Below, one piece after another: positions 7,661-17,117 of a stretch of DNA of 33,753 bases; the stretch's first letter is position 1, and each line of letters begins with the position of its first letter. The DNA is taken from contig JBBQPO010000024.1 of the NCBI GenBank assembly GCA_038217285.1, positions 1-33,753 on the forward strand, in the 5' to 3' direction. The translations under genes were made by a program, and so were the position numbers. This DNA comes from Chthonomonadales bacterium (GTDB lineage Bacteria; Armatimonadota; Chthonomonadetes; Chthonomonadales; Chthonomonadaceae). The notes below the pieces were generated by a model. That model did no database searches and was not told the origin of the DNA. It saw only the letters and a program-made list of their open reading frames with translations.

Positions 7661-9226
7661 CTGTGATTCGGAAAGGTCGCAGTAGTTAGCGGGCGATAAA
7701 GTGGCCGACCTCGAAATAGTGTTTGCCATGTCTACTTTGAACTACCTTACTCATCGTCCTGACGAGGTTCTCGACGCCCTGCGATGCGGCGAAATTGTCG
7801 CCCTGGAATCGGCCACCGAGGAAATGCCCGATTTCTTCCTGCTCTACGCTCTTCAGAGCCGATTGCTGGACCGCCTCGCAGAAACCTTTCCCGATCCGCG
7901 TCATCAACAACCCGAAATACCCATGCGTCTGCTTCTGGCAGCAGGGATGGCGGGACACTTCGCCGGGCTCTATTCGCTCTCGCAGTCGCCTTACGCTCTG
8001 CATTCTCCCCGCCTCCTCGCGGAGTTGGGAGTGCAGGTACAGGTTCTGCAACCAGGAGAAGGGCTCTCCCGCAAAGGAACCAACCAGCAAGTCGCCTTCC
8101 ATGCCGATGTTCTCCGGAAAATGCTCGATACCCTCGCCTGCAAAGAAGAGCAAGCCCAACAGACTTCGGGAGAGAGCCTGCTCGCCTGGTATAATCAGTT
8201 TGTCGGAGAGGCGTTCTGTCAGGTCATTGATGCCCAACCCATGCTGCATATCCTCGACTGCACCGATATGACGGTGCCTCTCAAAAACAATCGCTACGAG
8301 GGCAGCGCCGTTAGCAGCAAAAACAAGCAGGCAGAGCGCGGCTACAAATTAGGCACACTGCGCTCCCTCTTGGATCAAGGAGCCCTGGTCACCGGGATCG
8401 GATGGGGACCCCTCTCGGCGCATGATCTCACCATCACACACCACCTTTTGCGGACGAGCGTCCATCTGAGACCCGGAGACACCCTGCTGCATGATCGTGG
8501 CTTTCTGGACGGAGGCGAGATCACTCACCTCAAAAGGGAGCGTCATGTCGATGTGTGTACGGGGCTCAAGTCCGATATGCTCCTCTTCAAAGGAGCGGTC
8601 GTGCAGGCCGAGGCGTGTCCGGGCTCCTGGCAAGCGCATCCGACCCGCAAGCACCAACAGATCCAGTTGGTGCAGGGTCTGAGCGGGTTGTGGTCGGAGT
8701 TGGGTGTAGCGATGAATGTCTGTGTGGTGAAGAAGATCGATCCCAAGACGGGCGAGATCGACTACCTTTGCTTTGTGTCCACCGACCTTTCTCTTTCGGC
8801 CAAGCAACTCATCGCGTTGTATCAGATCCGCCCTGAGATCGAAGAAGGGTATCGTCAACTCAAAGGCGAGAGTTGGCGGATCGATCTGTTTCATGCGACG
8901 CGTCAGGTTCCGATCCTGTGGCATGTGATTTTGACCCTGTTGGCCTACAATCTCTTCCAGGTCTATGCCAACACCGCTGTCGGTCGGACGTTTGCTCAGA
9001 AAACCAAGCAACAGTTGCAGCGGGAGTTGGGCCGCAATCCGCCGACCTACCTTCTGGTGTGTACGGAGAATGCGTATGGCTTCTATGAAACCAAGTCGCT
9101 CCTCTACGTGCTCTTGGATCTGCCCGATAAAGTGCGTCAGAAGATCCGCAAATTACTGCCCAGAACACTCGGCGCACCGGGATGACGAAACACAGAGCAG
9201 TTTACTGCGACCTTTCCGAATCACAG
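7661..9226 (+). mobile_element. Insertion sequence, IS4-superfamily (DDE) element, ~1.57 kb, apparently intact
   Basis: Perfect terminal inverted repeats ctgtgattcggaaaggtcgcagta (7661-7684) and tactgcgacctttccgaatcacag (9203-9226), extendable to 26 bp with flanking AT; one transposase ORF inside. Confidence 0.92.
7728..9185 (+). CDS. DDE transposase (IS4-superfamily, DDE_Tnp_1-like); alternative GTG start at 7701
   Basis: LDCTD (D), HDRGF (D) and YQIRPEIEEGYRQLK (Y-x2-R-x3-E-x6-K 'YREK') motifs; enclosed by the inverted repeats. Confidence 0.92.
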   Translation: MSTLNYLTHRPDEVLDALRCGEIVALESATEEMPDFFLLYALQSRLLDRLAETFPDPRHQQPEIPMRLLLAAGMAGHFAGLYSLSQSPYALHSPRLLAELGVQVQVLQPGEGLSRKGTNQQVAFHADVLRKMLDTLACKEEQAQQTSGESLLAWYNQFVGEAFCQVIDAQPMLHILDCTDMTVPLKNNRYEGSAVSSKNKQAERGYKLGTLRSLLDQGALVTGIGWGPLSAHDLTITHHLLRTSVHLRPGDTLLHDRGFLDGGEITHLKRERHVDVCTGLKSDMLLFKGAVVQAEACPGSWQAHPTRKHQQIQLVQGLSGLWSELGVAMNVCVVKKIDPKTGEIDYLCFVSTDLSLSAKQLIALYQIRPEIEEGYRQLKGESWRIDLFHATRQVPILWHVILTLLAYNLFQVYANTAVGRTFAQKTKQQLQRELGRNPPTYLLVCTENAYGFYETKSLLYVLLDLPDKVRQKIRKLLPRTLGAPG

Positions 9227-9853
9227 ATACATGGAGGCAGGAAGGATCTGATGCGGTATGCTCTCTTCCCAGTAGACGCAGACGTGGCAGAGGCTCTTGA
9301 CGGCGCCACCGGGGTCTTGTGCGCCTGCGTGGGTGAACACCTGACGGTAACAGTGCTCGAAAACGGCAGGGCTCAGGTCGAAGATGCGCCGGGGCTGCGC
9401 AAAGGCCATCTCCGTCGCCGTCTTGGGCCGAAACAAGAGTTCGCCGCCCGCCACATCGATAAGCCACTTATGAAACGGACTGCTGTCGACGAACTCAAAC
9501 CAGGCGCGCGGGCACTCGATATAGCCGCGCGGGGCGACCCGCATGAGTTCCCCCAGAGCACGGGTCGGATCGGTGACGTGTTCTACGACATGGGATGTAT
9601 AGACGAAGTCGAACGACTGGTCCGCAAAGGGCAGCGCCTCGATATCCGCGACAACCAGGGGCCTGCCGTGGTGTACGATAGAGCCGGAAGGGTTTTCGTG
9701 CCGTACCTTATCCCCGGTCGTATGGCTTCGAGGCATGCGGTCTGCCAATACGGTCGCGAGGGGAAACGGCGAATCGCCGCTGCCGACGTCCAGTACGTGC
9801 CATCCGCTGCCGATCAGGGTCTTGATCTCGGCACGGCTTGATATTTTCAACAT
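9221..9853 (-). CDS. Class I SAM-dependent methyltransferase (Methyltransf_11-like); stop codon lies inside the IS right end
   Basis: VLDVGSG motif I and DIEALPFADQSFDFVYTSHVVEHV; ATG at 9853 preceded by GAGG. Confidence 0.88.
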   Translation of the reverse strand: MLKISSRAEIKTLIGSGWHVLDVGSGDSPFPLATVLADRMPRSHTTGDKVRHENPSGSIVHHGRPLVVADIEALPFADQSFDFVYTSHVVEHVTDPTRALGELMRVAPRGYIECPRAWFEFVDSSPFHKWLIDVAGGELLFRPKTATEMAFAQPRRIFDLSPAVFEHCYRQVFTHAGAQDPGGAVKSLCHVCVYWEESIPHQILPASMYL

Positions 9854-10496
9854 CTCGAATATTCCTCTGGTGAGCTCGTTGTGGCATATCCGGGATTTCA
9901 CTGCTGCGAGAGACCTGATTCGCACTGCCGCAAAGGCAGCACAAAACAGGCCCTACCGCGAACGGCGAACCAGGAAGACAGGGCGCGAAGTTATCCCATG
10001 CCGAGGGACGGGAGAGGGCGGAGAAGAGTCGAGAGGCCGATCAGGCAGCAACGCAGGCGACACAGCATGCATACCGGCAACCGGCTTATGGCACCCTAAG
10101 TCTGAACGGCAAGGGCGGCCTGCAAACGACACAAGGGACAGCGGACACATCGTTGTAATCATCGCTATGTACCACCAATCCGGCTCTGATTGAGACCCAG
10201 TACAACCAATACAAAAACAGATGAATAATCATCTGACGAAGAAACCAAAAGCAGGATGGAAGCAGGCTCGACGGGATACGGCAGATGGACGAGCGACCAA
10301 CCTTGCATAATGCACAAGTATACTCGCCCTTTTTACGGATAGAAGAAGCATAACGTTTCGCAATTTTTTGGAAAATGCAATAATCCTATATGTGGCTGGA
10401 ACATTTCTGTTCTCTGAAGAGGCTAAGGTCTTGTTACCTTACAACTAGTCTTCTTGAGACTGTCTCTTGACGGCAATAGATCGTTGGCACCGACCG

Positions 10497-13400
10497 TCAG
10501 GGGAGTTTCTTGAGCATATCGCGGCAGACGGCGGCGGCCACCCGGCGACCGTAGCCACCGTTTTCCACGATACAGGCGAAGGCGTAGCGTGGGGCGGCGC
10601 GGTCGGCGTAGGGGGCGAAGCCGATAAACCACGAATGCGGCTCTTTGTCGAACTGAGGATTCTGGGCGGTGCCGGTCTTGCCGGCGACGGCGTAGGGCAG
10701 TCCGGCGAAGACGCCGGCCGCTGTGCCGCTCACGGTCACGCTGTGCATCATCCGCTGGAGGGCAGCGGCGGTTTCGGAGCGCATGGCCTGGGTGGACGGG
10801 GCGGAGAGGGGATAGACAGGTTTGTCCTTACTCGCCGGGTCGGTAAGCCCGGCGACGAAATGCGGGGACTGCATCCGGCCGTCGTTGGCGACCGTCGCGG
10901 CGAGCCGCCCCATCTCCAGGGGAGAGGCCCACATCGCGCCCTGCCCGAAGCCGATCTCCGCGAGGCCCGCATCGAAGCGCTCGCCCTTCGGGGTGCGATG
11001 AAACTGGAGCCTGTCGCGCAGCGTCGTCTGCAGCGCCATCGGCCCGACCGCGACCGCGAGGTTGGCAAAATAGATGTTCGAGGAGACGCGGAAGGCGGGC
11101 GCCAGCGTCATCGGGCCGAACTTCGGGTCGCCTTTGTCGTCGTGTACGACGCGAGAGTAGGTCTTGCCGCCCGCCTGCCAGCGCAGCGTGTCCTCCTGAT
11201 TGCAGACGACTTCGAACTGCATCGCGTTCGTCAGGTTGTCGAGGGCGCAGGCGGCCGTGGCGACCTTCAGGGTCGAGCCGGGGGGATAGAGGCCGTCGGT
11301 TGCCCGGTTGACCAGCCAGTGCTCCCGCTCCGCGTCCGGCCCTTTGACCAGTGCGCGGAACTTCTCCGGCGTCAGGCCGTTAGGATTGAAGCTGGGAATG
11401 GTGGCAGCGACCAGCACCTCCCCGGTGCGCGGCACGATCAGGACAAACGCGGCACGATCTTTCGGGAGCCCTGTCTTCAGATCTTTCAGTTTCGAGGTCG
11501 TCTGCCAGAGCACATCCTGCGCGGTGCGCTGCAGTTCGCCGTCCAGCGTCAGGCGCAGGTCACGCCCCCGCCGCGGCTCGTAACCTGGCAGATGCCGACG
11601 GCGATAGTCGCTCAACAGATCCGTGTACTGCCGGAAGCCGCGCAGTTCGTTGTTATAGGCTTTCTCGAAGCCGAAGGGGCCGCCCACGCCGGGATCGAGA
11701 TAGCCGACGAGATGTGCCAGCGCGGGGCCGAACGGATAGAGACGCCCTCGCGAATCGGCCAACCGTTGGGCCGTATAGGTGTCCGTCACCGTCTGATGGA
11801 TCTCGCCAAAACGTGAGGTCGCTACGACGCGCCCCTTGCGGTCGTAGATGCTGCCCCGTTCGATCTCCCGCTCGACCGCCAGCAGGCGCGGATTCAGGTG
11901 AGGCCGTCGCACCCCATCGGCATCCGGAGTGACGACTGCCGCTACGGCGATCCCGTCCGCGCCCCACCCTTGCAGGCTGCCCAGACGCCATATCCCGATA
12001 CCGCCCAGAAGCACGACGCCGAGCGCCAGGGCGAAGCGGGTGGCCGCTTTCACCACCTCTGCACGCGGCACTGGCCTGCCGACGCCTCCGGACGGCGGCA
12101 CGGAGATGCCTCGGAGCAGGCCGATCAGGATGAAGTTGGCCACGAGCGCGGAGTTGCCATAGGAGAGAAACGGCAGCGCAATGCCCGCCAGCGGCAGCAG
12201 GCCGGTCACACCGCTCAAAATCAGCAGCGTCTGGAGGCCGAACAGGGCGGTCAAACCGAAAGCGAGCGCGCGGTCGAGGTCGTTGTTGGCGCGCAGCGCG
12301 ATGCAGGTTCCCCGCCAGACGATCGCCGCGAAGACCAGCAGCACCAGCCAGGCCCCGATCAGGCCCGTCTCCTCGGCCCAGCTTGCAAAGGCCAGGTCGG
12401 AACCGCCGCGCGGAATCAGGCCCGGCATGCCCAGGCCGGGTCCGCTGCCGCTCCAGCCACCGGATGCAAACGCCCAGTAGGACTGTCCCAACTGTAAGCC
12501 GTTCGGATGCAGGTTCGCAAAGGGATGCTGCCACATATCGACGCGGGTCACGAAGACACCGATATGCCGCCAGTAGCCGAACAGACAGCCGAGCAGCAGC
12601 AGGACGCAGCCGACGCCGATGAAGCTGGCCCGCCCGGTCGTCAGATAGAGCACGGAGACGAAGGTGGCGAACAGCAGAAGGCCAGGACCGAGGTCTTTGA
12701 TGACGTAGAACATCGCCAGGGCAAAGGCGAACATGAGCACGACAGGACCGAGATCCTGCCGGCGTGGAAGGGCAAGCCCACGCCAGCCTTTCTTGACGGC
12801 TGCGCCCGTCACCGCCCCTCTGCCGCGCTCCGCAAGCAGGTCGGCCCGGTCGGAGAGATAAGCCGCGAGAAAGAAGACGAGCAGCAGTTTGATAAACTCG
12901 ACCGGCTGGACTCCGAAGAGAGTGATTTTCACGCCTTCCGGCCCTCGTCCGAAAATTAACAGGCCGAGGACGAGTACGAACGCCGTGAGCATCCAGACAT
13001 AGAGATAGTTTTTGATCCGCAGCCGCGCCAGCGGAGCGAGCCGAGCCGCAAAAGCCATGGCGATAGTCCCGATCAGAACGCCGATCAGATGGTGTTCATA
13101 GACAGGGTAGTCGCGCAGCGGGTCTTTCAGACTGAAGAGCATCGCGACCCCGAGGCCGCAGAGCAGCAGCGCCAGCGGCACGAGATACGGGTCGCCGCCT
13201 ACTCGCAGGCGACCCCGGAGCAACGGCGGAACGAAGAAGACCGCCAGCGTCAGCAGGAAGACGCCAAGGAAGTAGCGACGGAAGACCGTCTGCGGGGTTC
13301 GCACCAGGGTATGTTTCAGCCCGAGCGCACGGGTCTGCGGGTCGAGCAGGGGCGCATGGCGGAACCAGCGCGGGGAGAGTTTGCGTCTGTCCGGCGGCGG

Positions 13401-13841
13401 CCTTCCGGCAGCGACGGGAGTGTTCACAGGCGTCAGCAGGCGATCCCGATAGGCGGCAAGGCGGCGCGCGACAGGGGGCGTGACCCCCAGAGCGGTCGCC
13501 ATCTGCCCCGCACTTGCGCTATCCAGACGCCCTTCGACGAACTGCGGCGCGAGGCGGTCGGCCTCGTCAGGCGGGAGCAGCGGCAGATCCCAGAGCAGAT
13601 CCGCGCTGCCGAATCCGCCCAATCGGGAGCGCGAAGCCACCAGGCGGGCGGCAATATCCGGCTCCAGCGCCAGCGCACGGGCGAACTGCTCCCCTGTCGC
13701 CTCATTGACCAGCACCGCCTCGGCGGGCGGTTCGCTGCGCTTGCCCATATAGACCGCTGCCAGCGTGGGCAAAAGCACAAAGAGCAACACCGCAATGGTC
13801 AAGACACCTTCGACCTTGCGCCCGGAATCACGTAACGCCAA
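10497..13841 (-). CDS. Fused SEDS glycosyltransferase (FtsW/RodA/SpoVE) and class B penicillin-binding transpeptidase, with N-terminal helix-hairpin-helix-like repeats
   Basis: SEDS motifs QPVEFIK, DLG, GSDLAF, GIALPFLSYGNS; PBP motifs PPGSTLK (SxxK), SSN (SxN), KTGTA; TTG start at 13841 preceded by GGAGGAG. Confidence 0.92.
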   Translation of the reverse strand: MALRDSGRKVEGVLTIAVLLFVLLPTLAAVYMGKRSEPPAEAVLVNEATGEQFARALALEPDIAARLVASRSRLGGFGSADLLWDLPLLPPDEADRLAPQFVEGRLDSASAGQMATALGVTPPVARRLAAYRDRLLTPVNTPVAAGRPPPDRRKLSPRWFRHAPLLDPQTRALGLKHTLVRTPQTVFRRYFLGVFLLTLAVFFVPPLLRGRLRVGGDPYLVPLALLLCGLGVAMLFSLKDPLRDYPVYEHHLIGVLIGTIAMAFAARLAPLARLRIKNYLYVWMLTAFVLVLGLLIFGRGPEGVKITLFGVQPVEFIKLLLVFFLAAYLSDRADLLAERGRGAVTGAAVKKGWRGLALPRRQDLGPVVLMFAFALAMFYVIKDLGPGLLLFATFVSVLYLTTGRASFIGVGCVLLLLGCLFGYWRHIGVFVTRVDMWQHPFANLHPNGLQLGQSYWAFASGGWSGSGPGLGMPGLIPRGGSDLAFASWAEETGLIGAWLVLLVFAAIVWRGTCIALRANNDLDRALAFGLTALFGLQTLLILSGVTGLLPLAGIALPFLSYGNSALVANFILIGLLRGISVPPSGGVGRPVPRAEVVKAATRFALALGVVLLGGIGIWRLGSLQGWGADGIAVAAVVTPDADGVRRPHLNPRLLAVEREIERGSIYDRKGRVVATSRFGEIHQTVTDTYTAQRLADSRGRLYPFGPALAHLVGYLDPGVGGPFGFEKAYNNELRGFRQYTDLLSDYRRRHLPGYEPRRGRDLRLTLDGELQRTAQDVLWQTTSKLKDLKTGLPKDRAAFVLIVPRTGEVLVAATIPSFNPNGLTPEKFRALVKGPDAEREHWLVNRATDGLYPPGSTLKVATAACALDNLTNAMQFEVVCNQEDTLRWQAGGKTYSRVVHDDKGDPKFGPMTLAPAFRVSSNIYFANLAVAVGPMALQTTLRDRLQFHRTPKGERFDAGLAEIGFGQGAMWASPLEMGRLAATVANDGRMQSPHFVAGLTDPASKDKPVYPLSAPSTQAMRSETAAALQRMMHSVTVSGTAAGVFAGLPYAVAGKTGTAQNPQFDKEPHSWFIGFAPYADRAAPRYAFACIVENGGYGRRVAAAVCRDMLKKLP

Positions 13842-13991
13842 ATTCGCACTCCTCCCTGCTCGGCTCCAGGAAATTCCCGGGTGAGGCTGTCGTCCTCTAC
13901 AAGCAGAGATACGCACCAACCGTTCCTATGGCTTCAACAAAAAGACGCGACCGACATTTCTGTCTGCTGCATTTCCAGGCGCGGCAAGAGG

Positions 13992-15806
13992 CTATGGCGT
14001 CGGAACAAGATCGATTCGGGTTTTGTCGCTGCGGTCATAAGGCACCTGGAGTGGCAGCCAGAGGCCCCACTGTTGTGCGAACGAGTTCAGAAGGTTACTG
14101 TTTGCACCGAGCTTCCAGTCGATATGAATCGAAACGTTTTGCGGAGGCGAAGACTGCGCAGCTTTCAGCATGTCGGGCGTGTATCCGGAGAGCATCACTG
14201 AGAAATCCCGCAGGTTCTCCGGAGTGTTCGCCAGTCGCTGGGCATTCAAGAATCCTGTGAGCAGTGGAACCATCTGCGGAGACGGAGTTCCATCGGGCAG
14301 AGCGGTCTGCCGCAGCACTTCGGTCGGCGTTCCCATAGGCAGAGGCACCGTGGCAGGGTTGGCGGCCTGTATCAGGCGCAGCATCTCGTGCAGACCCTCC
14401 TGCCTGTCCAGATCGATGAGGGCGTTCTCGCCGTCTGCGCGCGTACTGCCGAGGACGCCGTTCAGCCCACTGATCTGCATCGGGGTCAGGTCCAGCAACT
14501 GATAGAGATCGCGATAGGTCGGAATATTCTTCTGCCGCTTCAGCCGCTGCTGCATCACGCGCAGCCACGAATCCGGCACTTCGTAGCGGCGCTGCGCATA
14601 CCAGTCGCGTTTCCGCAATAGCAGGGTCCCGGCCCGTGTCCACCATAGAAACCCACCCGGTCGACACATCGCATCCATGGCGGCGACGTTGGGGTCGGGA
14701 GCCGATGCCCCCGGTATGGCCGCCGCAGAGGACATCTCGTGCAGGAGGGCCGGACTGCGGTAGTAGTCGGAGAGGATTGGGATAGACTTCGTTGCCGAGA
14801 GGGCGCTCAAGCGGTCGATCCAACCGGGATTTTTGTCGGCTACCGACACCGTTTGCGACGCAGGGAGTTCGGCCACCGCGAGTTTTTCTTTTGGCAGGTA
14901 GGGGTTGCCGTGAGCGGGCAGCAGCCACTGATCCTGGCTTTCGAAACTGCCCATCGTCATGAAGGTGTTCGCGCCGAGAATCACCTGGAGCACCTCTGCG
15001 CTCAGTCCGGCATTGTTGGTATGAGTCAGACGAAACCGCAGTCCGTGGCGCACCAGCATATCCGGGTTATCGATAACGATATGGACGTCGGGGAAATTGA
15101 CCCGCTGCGCCTCGTCCAGCGCCTTTAACGTGGTAATGACTTCGGCAAAGGCTTCGCGTGCCATCGCTTGCTGCGCCGGGGTCGAAGAGGCGAACGAGAT
15201 ATTCAGGAATCCTGTTGCGAACAGACGGTCCTTTTGTGCTCGGCTGAGCTGGCCATACAGGCGGGTCGCCTGCTTTCCATGGGTCGAGGGGTGCTCCAGA
15301 TTCCGGCGGATAAGATCCGTCGTGGGCCGCTGTGCCCGCTGCTGCTCCGTCTCGTCCAGAGCTTTGACCTGGGCATCGAGCAGCGCTTTCAGGCGCACCG
15401 TCACCTGTTGCTCCAGGTCGTCCTCATAGCGCTGGGCCTTGAGGCCGCGCACCAGCGTATAACGCATTTTGCCATCGGGCAGGGGCGTTTGCTGCCAGGT
15501 GTCATTAGAGAGGGCCGCCAGATCCAGAAGGGTCGCACGCAGCGGCCGGGCCGGACTGAAAGCGAGCACTTTGTCATCGGCAACGTACGCCTCGGCTTCC
15601 AGGGCCACACCGGTCTTTCGACTCAGCAGTGCCAGGAGATCGCGCACTGGAATGCCTTCTGCGTGGATGGCGACTGTCTGTTTCAAGCGCGGGTCGGTGC
15701 TGAATCCCTCTTCGGCGGCAGGCGCAGCAGCCTGGGCGGCGGCAGGAACGGGGATAAAGAGCAGTCCGCAGAACGCAGCGATGGGGACAAGGTCGGAACA
15801 GCGCAT
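13992..15806 (-). CDS. Secreted hypothetical protein with an N-terminal secretin/TonB-N(STN)-like segment
   Basis: 604-aa ORF with signal peptide (..VPAAA-QA); DPRLKQTVAIHAEGIPVRDLLALLSRKTGVAL resembles an STN domain; GAAGGAG SD upstream. Confidence 0.75.
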   Translation of the reverse strand: MRCSDLVPIAAFCGLLFIPVPAAAQAAAPAAEEGFSTDPRLKQTVAIHAEGIPVRDLLALLSRKTGVALEAEAYVADDKVLAFSPARPLRATLLDLAALSNDTWQQTPLPDGKMRYTLVRGLKAQRYEDDLEQQVTVRLKALLDAQVKALDETEQQRAQRPTTDLIRRNLEHPSTHGKQATRLYGQLSRAQKDRLFATGFLNISFASSTPAQQAMAREAFAEVITTLKALDEAQRVNFPDVHIVIDNPDMLVRHGLRFRLTHTNNAGLSAEVLQVILGANTFMTMGSFESQDQWLLPAHGNPYLPKEKLAVAELPASQTVSVADKNPGWIDRLSALSATKSIPILSDYYRSPALLHEMSSAAAIPGASAPDPNVAAMDAMCRPGGFLWWTRAGTLLLRKRDWYAQRRYEVPDSWLRVMQQRLKRQKNIPTYRDLYQLLDLTPMQISGLNGVLGSTRADGENALIDLDRQEGLHEMLRLIQAANPATVPLPMGTPTEVLRQTALPDGTPSPQMVPLLTGFLNAQRLANTPENLRDFSVMLSGYTPDMLKAAQSSPPQNVSIHIDWKLGANSNLLNSFAQQWGLWLPLQVPYDRSDKTRIDLVPTP

Positions 15807-15914
15807 AGATCTCTCCTTCAGAACGGCTTACCGGCAACGAACCGATTTCGTCATTCGACGGAACAGAGAGGAGCGAGGTTACAAGGCCACGCATTGTTTG
15901 CCGGGCAGCAGCAC

Positions 15915-15940
15915 AAAAAGACAGGCAAGAATGCCTGTCT
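15915..15940 (-). terminator. Rho-independent terminator downstream of secG
   Basis: 9-bp stem agacaggca/tgcctgtct followed by a T-run on the minus strand. Confidence 0.75.
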
Positions 15941-16062
15941 CCTGTCACTGTTACCCGGTGTTTGAAGGGCAACGACCCTGCAAGTTCTGAGCAGCCATTG
16001 ACGAGGCAGCAGCCGCAAAACGGGAACTGCCTTCCTTCAACCCGACATTGAGAAGGTTAGTT

Positions 16063-16338
16063 TTACCAGAACCGAGAGGGTGTGACATTCCAGCGGCTGG
16101 TGCCGATGGCTACCAGGACGCTGACCGCGAAAAAGACGACCGCGATATTGCGCGTGTAGAGGGTGAATCTTTCCTCTTTGCCCGCTTTGCCTTTGAACGC
16201 AGAAGTTGCCGTGGTGCCGATCTGGCCGGTCAGGCCATCGTTTTTGCTCTCCTGCATGGTGACGATCGTGATAAGCCCAACGCCCGTCACCATCTGTACC
16301 AGGAGCAACAGCCAGTATAAGAAATTCAGAAACGTCAT
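16063..16338 (-). CDS. secG: Preprotein translocase subunit SecG
   Basis: TM-LITIVTMQESKNDGLTGQIG...GKEERFTLYT-TM pattern typical of SecG. Confidence 0.88.
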   Translation of the reverse strand: MTFLNFLYWLLLLVQMVTGVGLITIVTMQESKNDGLTGQIGTTATSAFKGKAGKEERFTLYTRNIAVVFFAVSVLVAIGTSRWNVTPSRFW

Positions 16339-16377
16339 CGTGATTACAGGTTCCTTGTCTAATCGCGAAAGAGAGGT

Positions 16378-16608
16378 CTATCCCTTCCGCATCTCCTCTT
16401 CGACACGTCGTCGGACTTCGGCTTCTTTCTCTTTCTGTTTGCGAAGTTCGTCGTCTTCATCTTCGCTCATGCCCTTCTTGAACTCTTTCATACCGCTGCC
16501 GAGTCCCTTCATCATCTCGGGGATCTTTTGCCCGCCAAAAAGCAGCAGGGCGATGACACCGACTACGATCCATATCGTGGGGTTCATTGGGTTTGCGATA
16601 TAGTACAT
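16378..16608 (-). CDS. tatA: Twin-arginine translocase TatA/TatE subunit
   Basis: [27 protein letters not shown] signature. Confidence 0.92.
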   Translation of the reverse strand: MYYIANPMNPTIWIVVGVIALLLFGGQKIPEMMKGLGSGMKEFKKGMSEDEDDELRKQKEKEAEVRRRVEEEMRKG

Positions 16609-16651
16609 GACTCAGGTTCTCCTCTTCCGGGAAGGCCGCAGGGCCTTCCTG

Positions 16652-17095
16652 TCAACTGCGCGGTACAGCGGCATCCGCGGGGCGCGGCGTGATCGGCTTC
16701 GGCGCCGCCACCGGGTCCGAGGGTGCAGGCGAAACTCCGTACTCGGACGACGTATCCGCGAAGGCGGACGCCGCGAAATCGCCGCGCGGCGGCTCGGTCG
16801 TGTGCGGCGCGGTCGTCGTATGGGTCAGGTCATCCTCCGGAACCGACGAAAAGACGGGTGGCTCGGAGGCGTTGCCGTAGCTATCGTACTTCGGCGGATC
16901 GTAGGTCGGCTCGTAGCGGCTGCTATCCATTCGAAACGTATCGGTCAGTTCACTGGTCGAGCGTTTGAACTCCCGCAGGGCGCGTCCCAACTGGCTGGCG
17001 ATCTCCGGCACTTTTTGCGGCCCGAACAGCAGCAGTACCGCCACAAAGATCATGCCCAGGGCGATGGGGCTATCAAAAAATGCGAACGTCATCAT
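16652..17095 (-). CDS. tatB: Twin-arginine translocase TatA/TatB-family subunit with a long acidic/Pro tail (probably TatB)
   Basis: [26 protein letters not shown] signature; TatA vs TatB assignment is inferred from tail length. Confidence 0.75.
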   Translation of the reverse strand: MMTFAFFDSPIALGMIFVAVLLLFGPQKVPEIASQLGRALREFKRSTSELTDTFRMDSSRYEPTYDPPKYDSYGNASEPPVFSSVPEDDLTHTTTAPHTTEPPRGDFAASAFADTSSEYGVSPAPSDPVAAPKPITPRPADAAVPRS

Positions 17096-17117
17096 AATCC
17101 TTCACCTCAATACCGGT

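Noticed and set aside
9182-9841. 219-aa plus-strand ORF overlapping the transposase stop as a second IS gene
   Set aside because: It runs through the right inverted repeat and is antisense to the methyltransferase, which has clear motifs.
10467-11816. 449-aa plus-strand ORF opposite the transpeptidase domain (likewise 18866-19966, 20545-21999 and 3107-4027)
   Set aside because: Antisense shadows of well-supported genes in GC-rich DNA.
16020-16045. SRP (4.5S) RNA-like GAAGGAAGGCAG motif downstream of secG
   Set aside because: It lacks the CAGG-stem-GNRA-stem-AGCA geometry of SRP helix 8; kept only as an unassigned structured RNA candidate.
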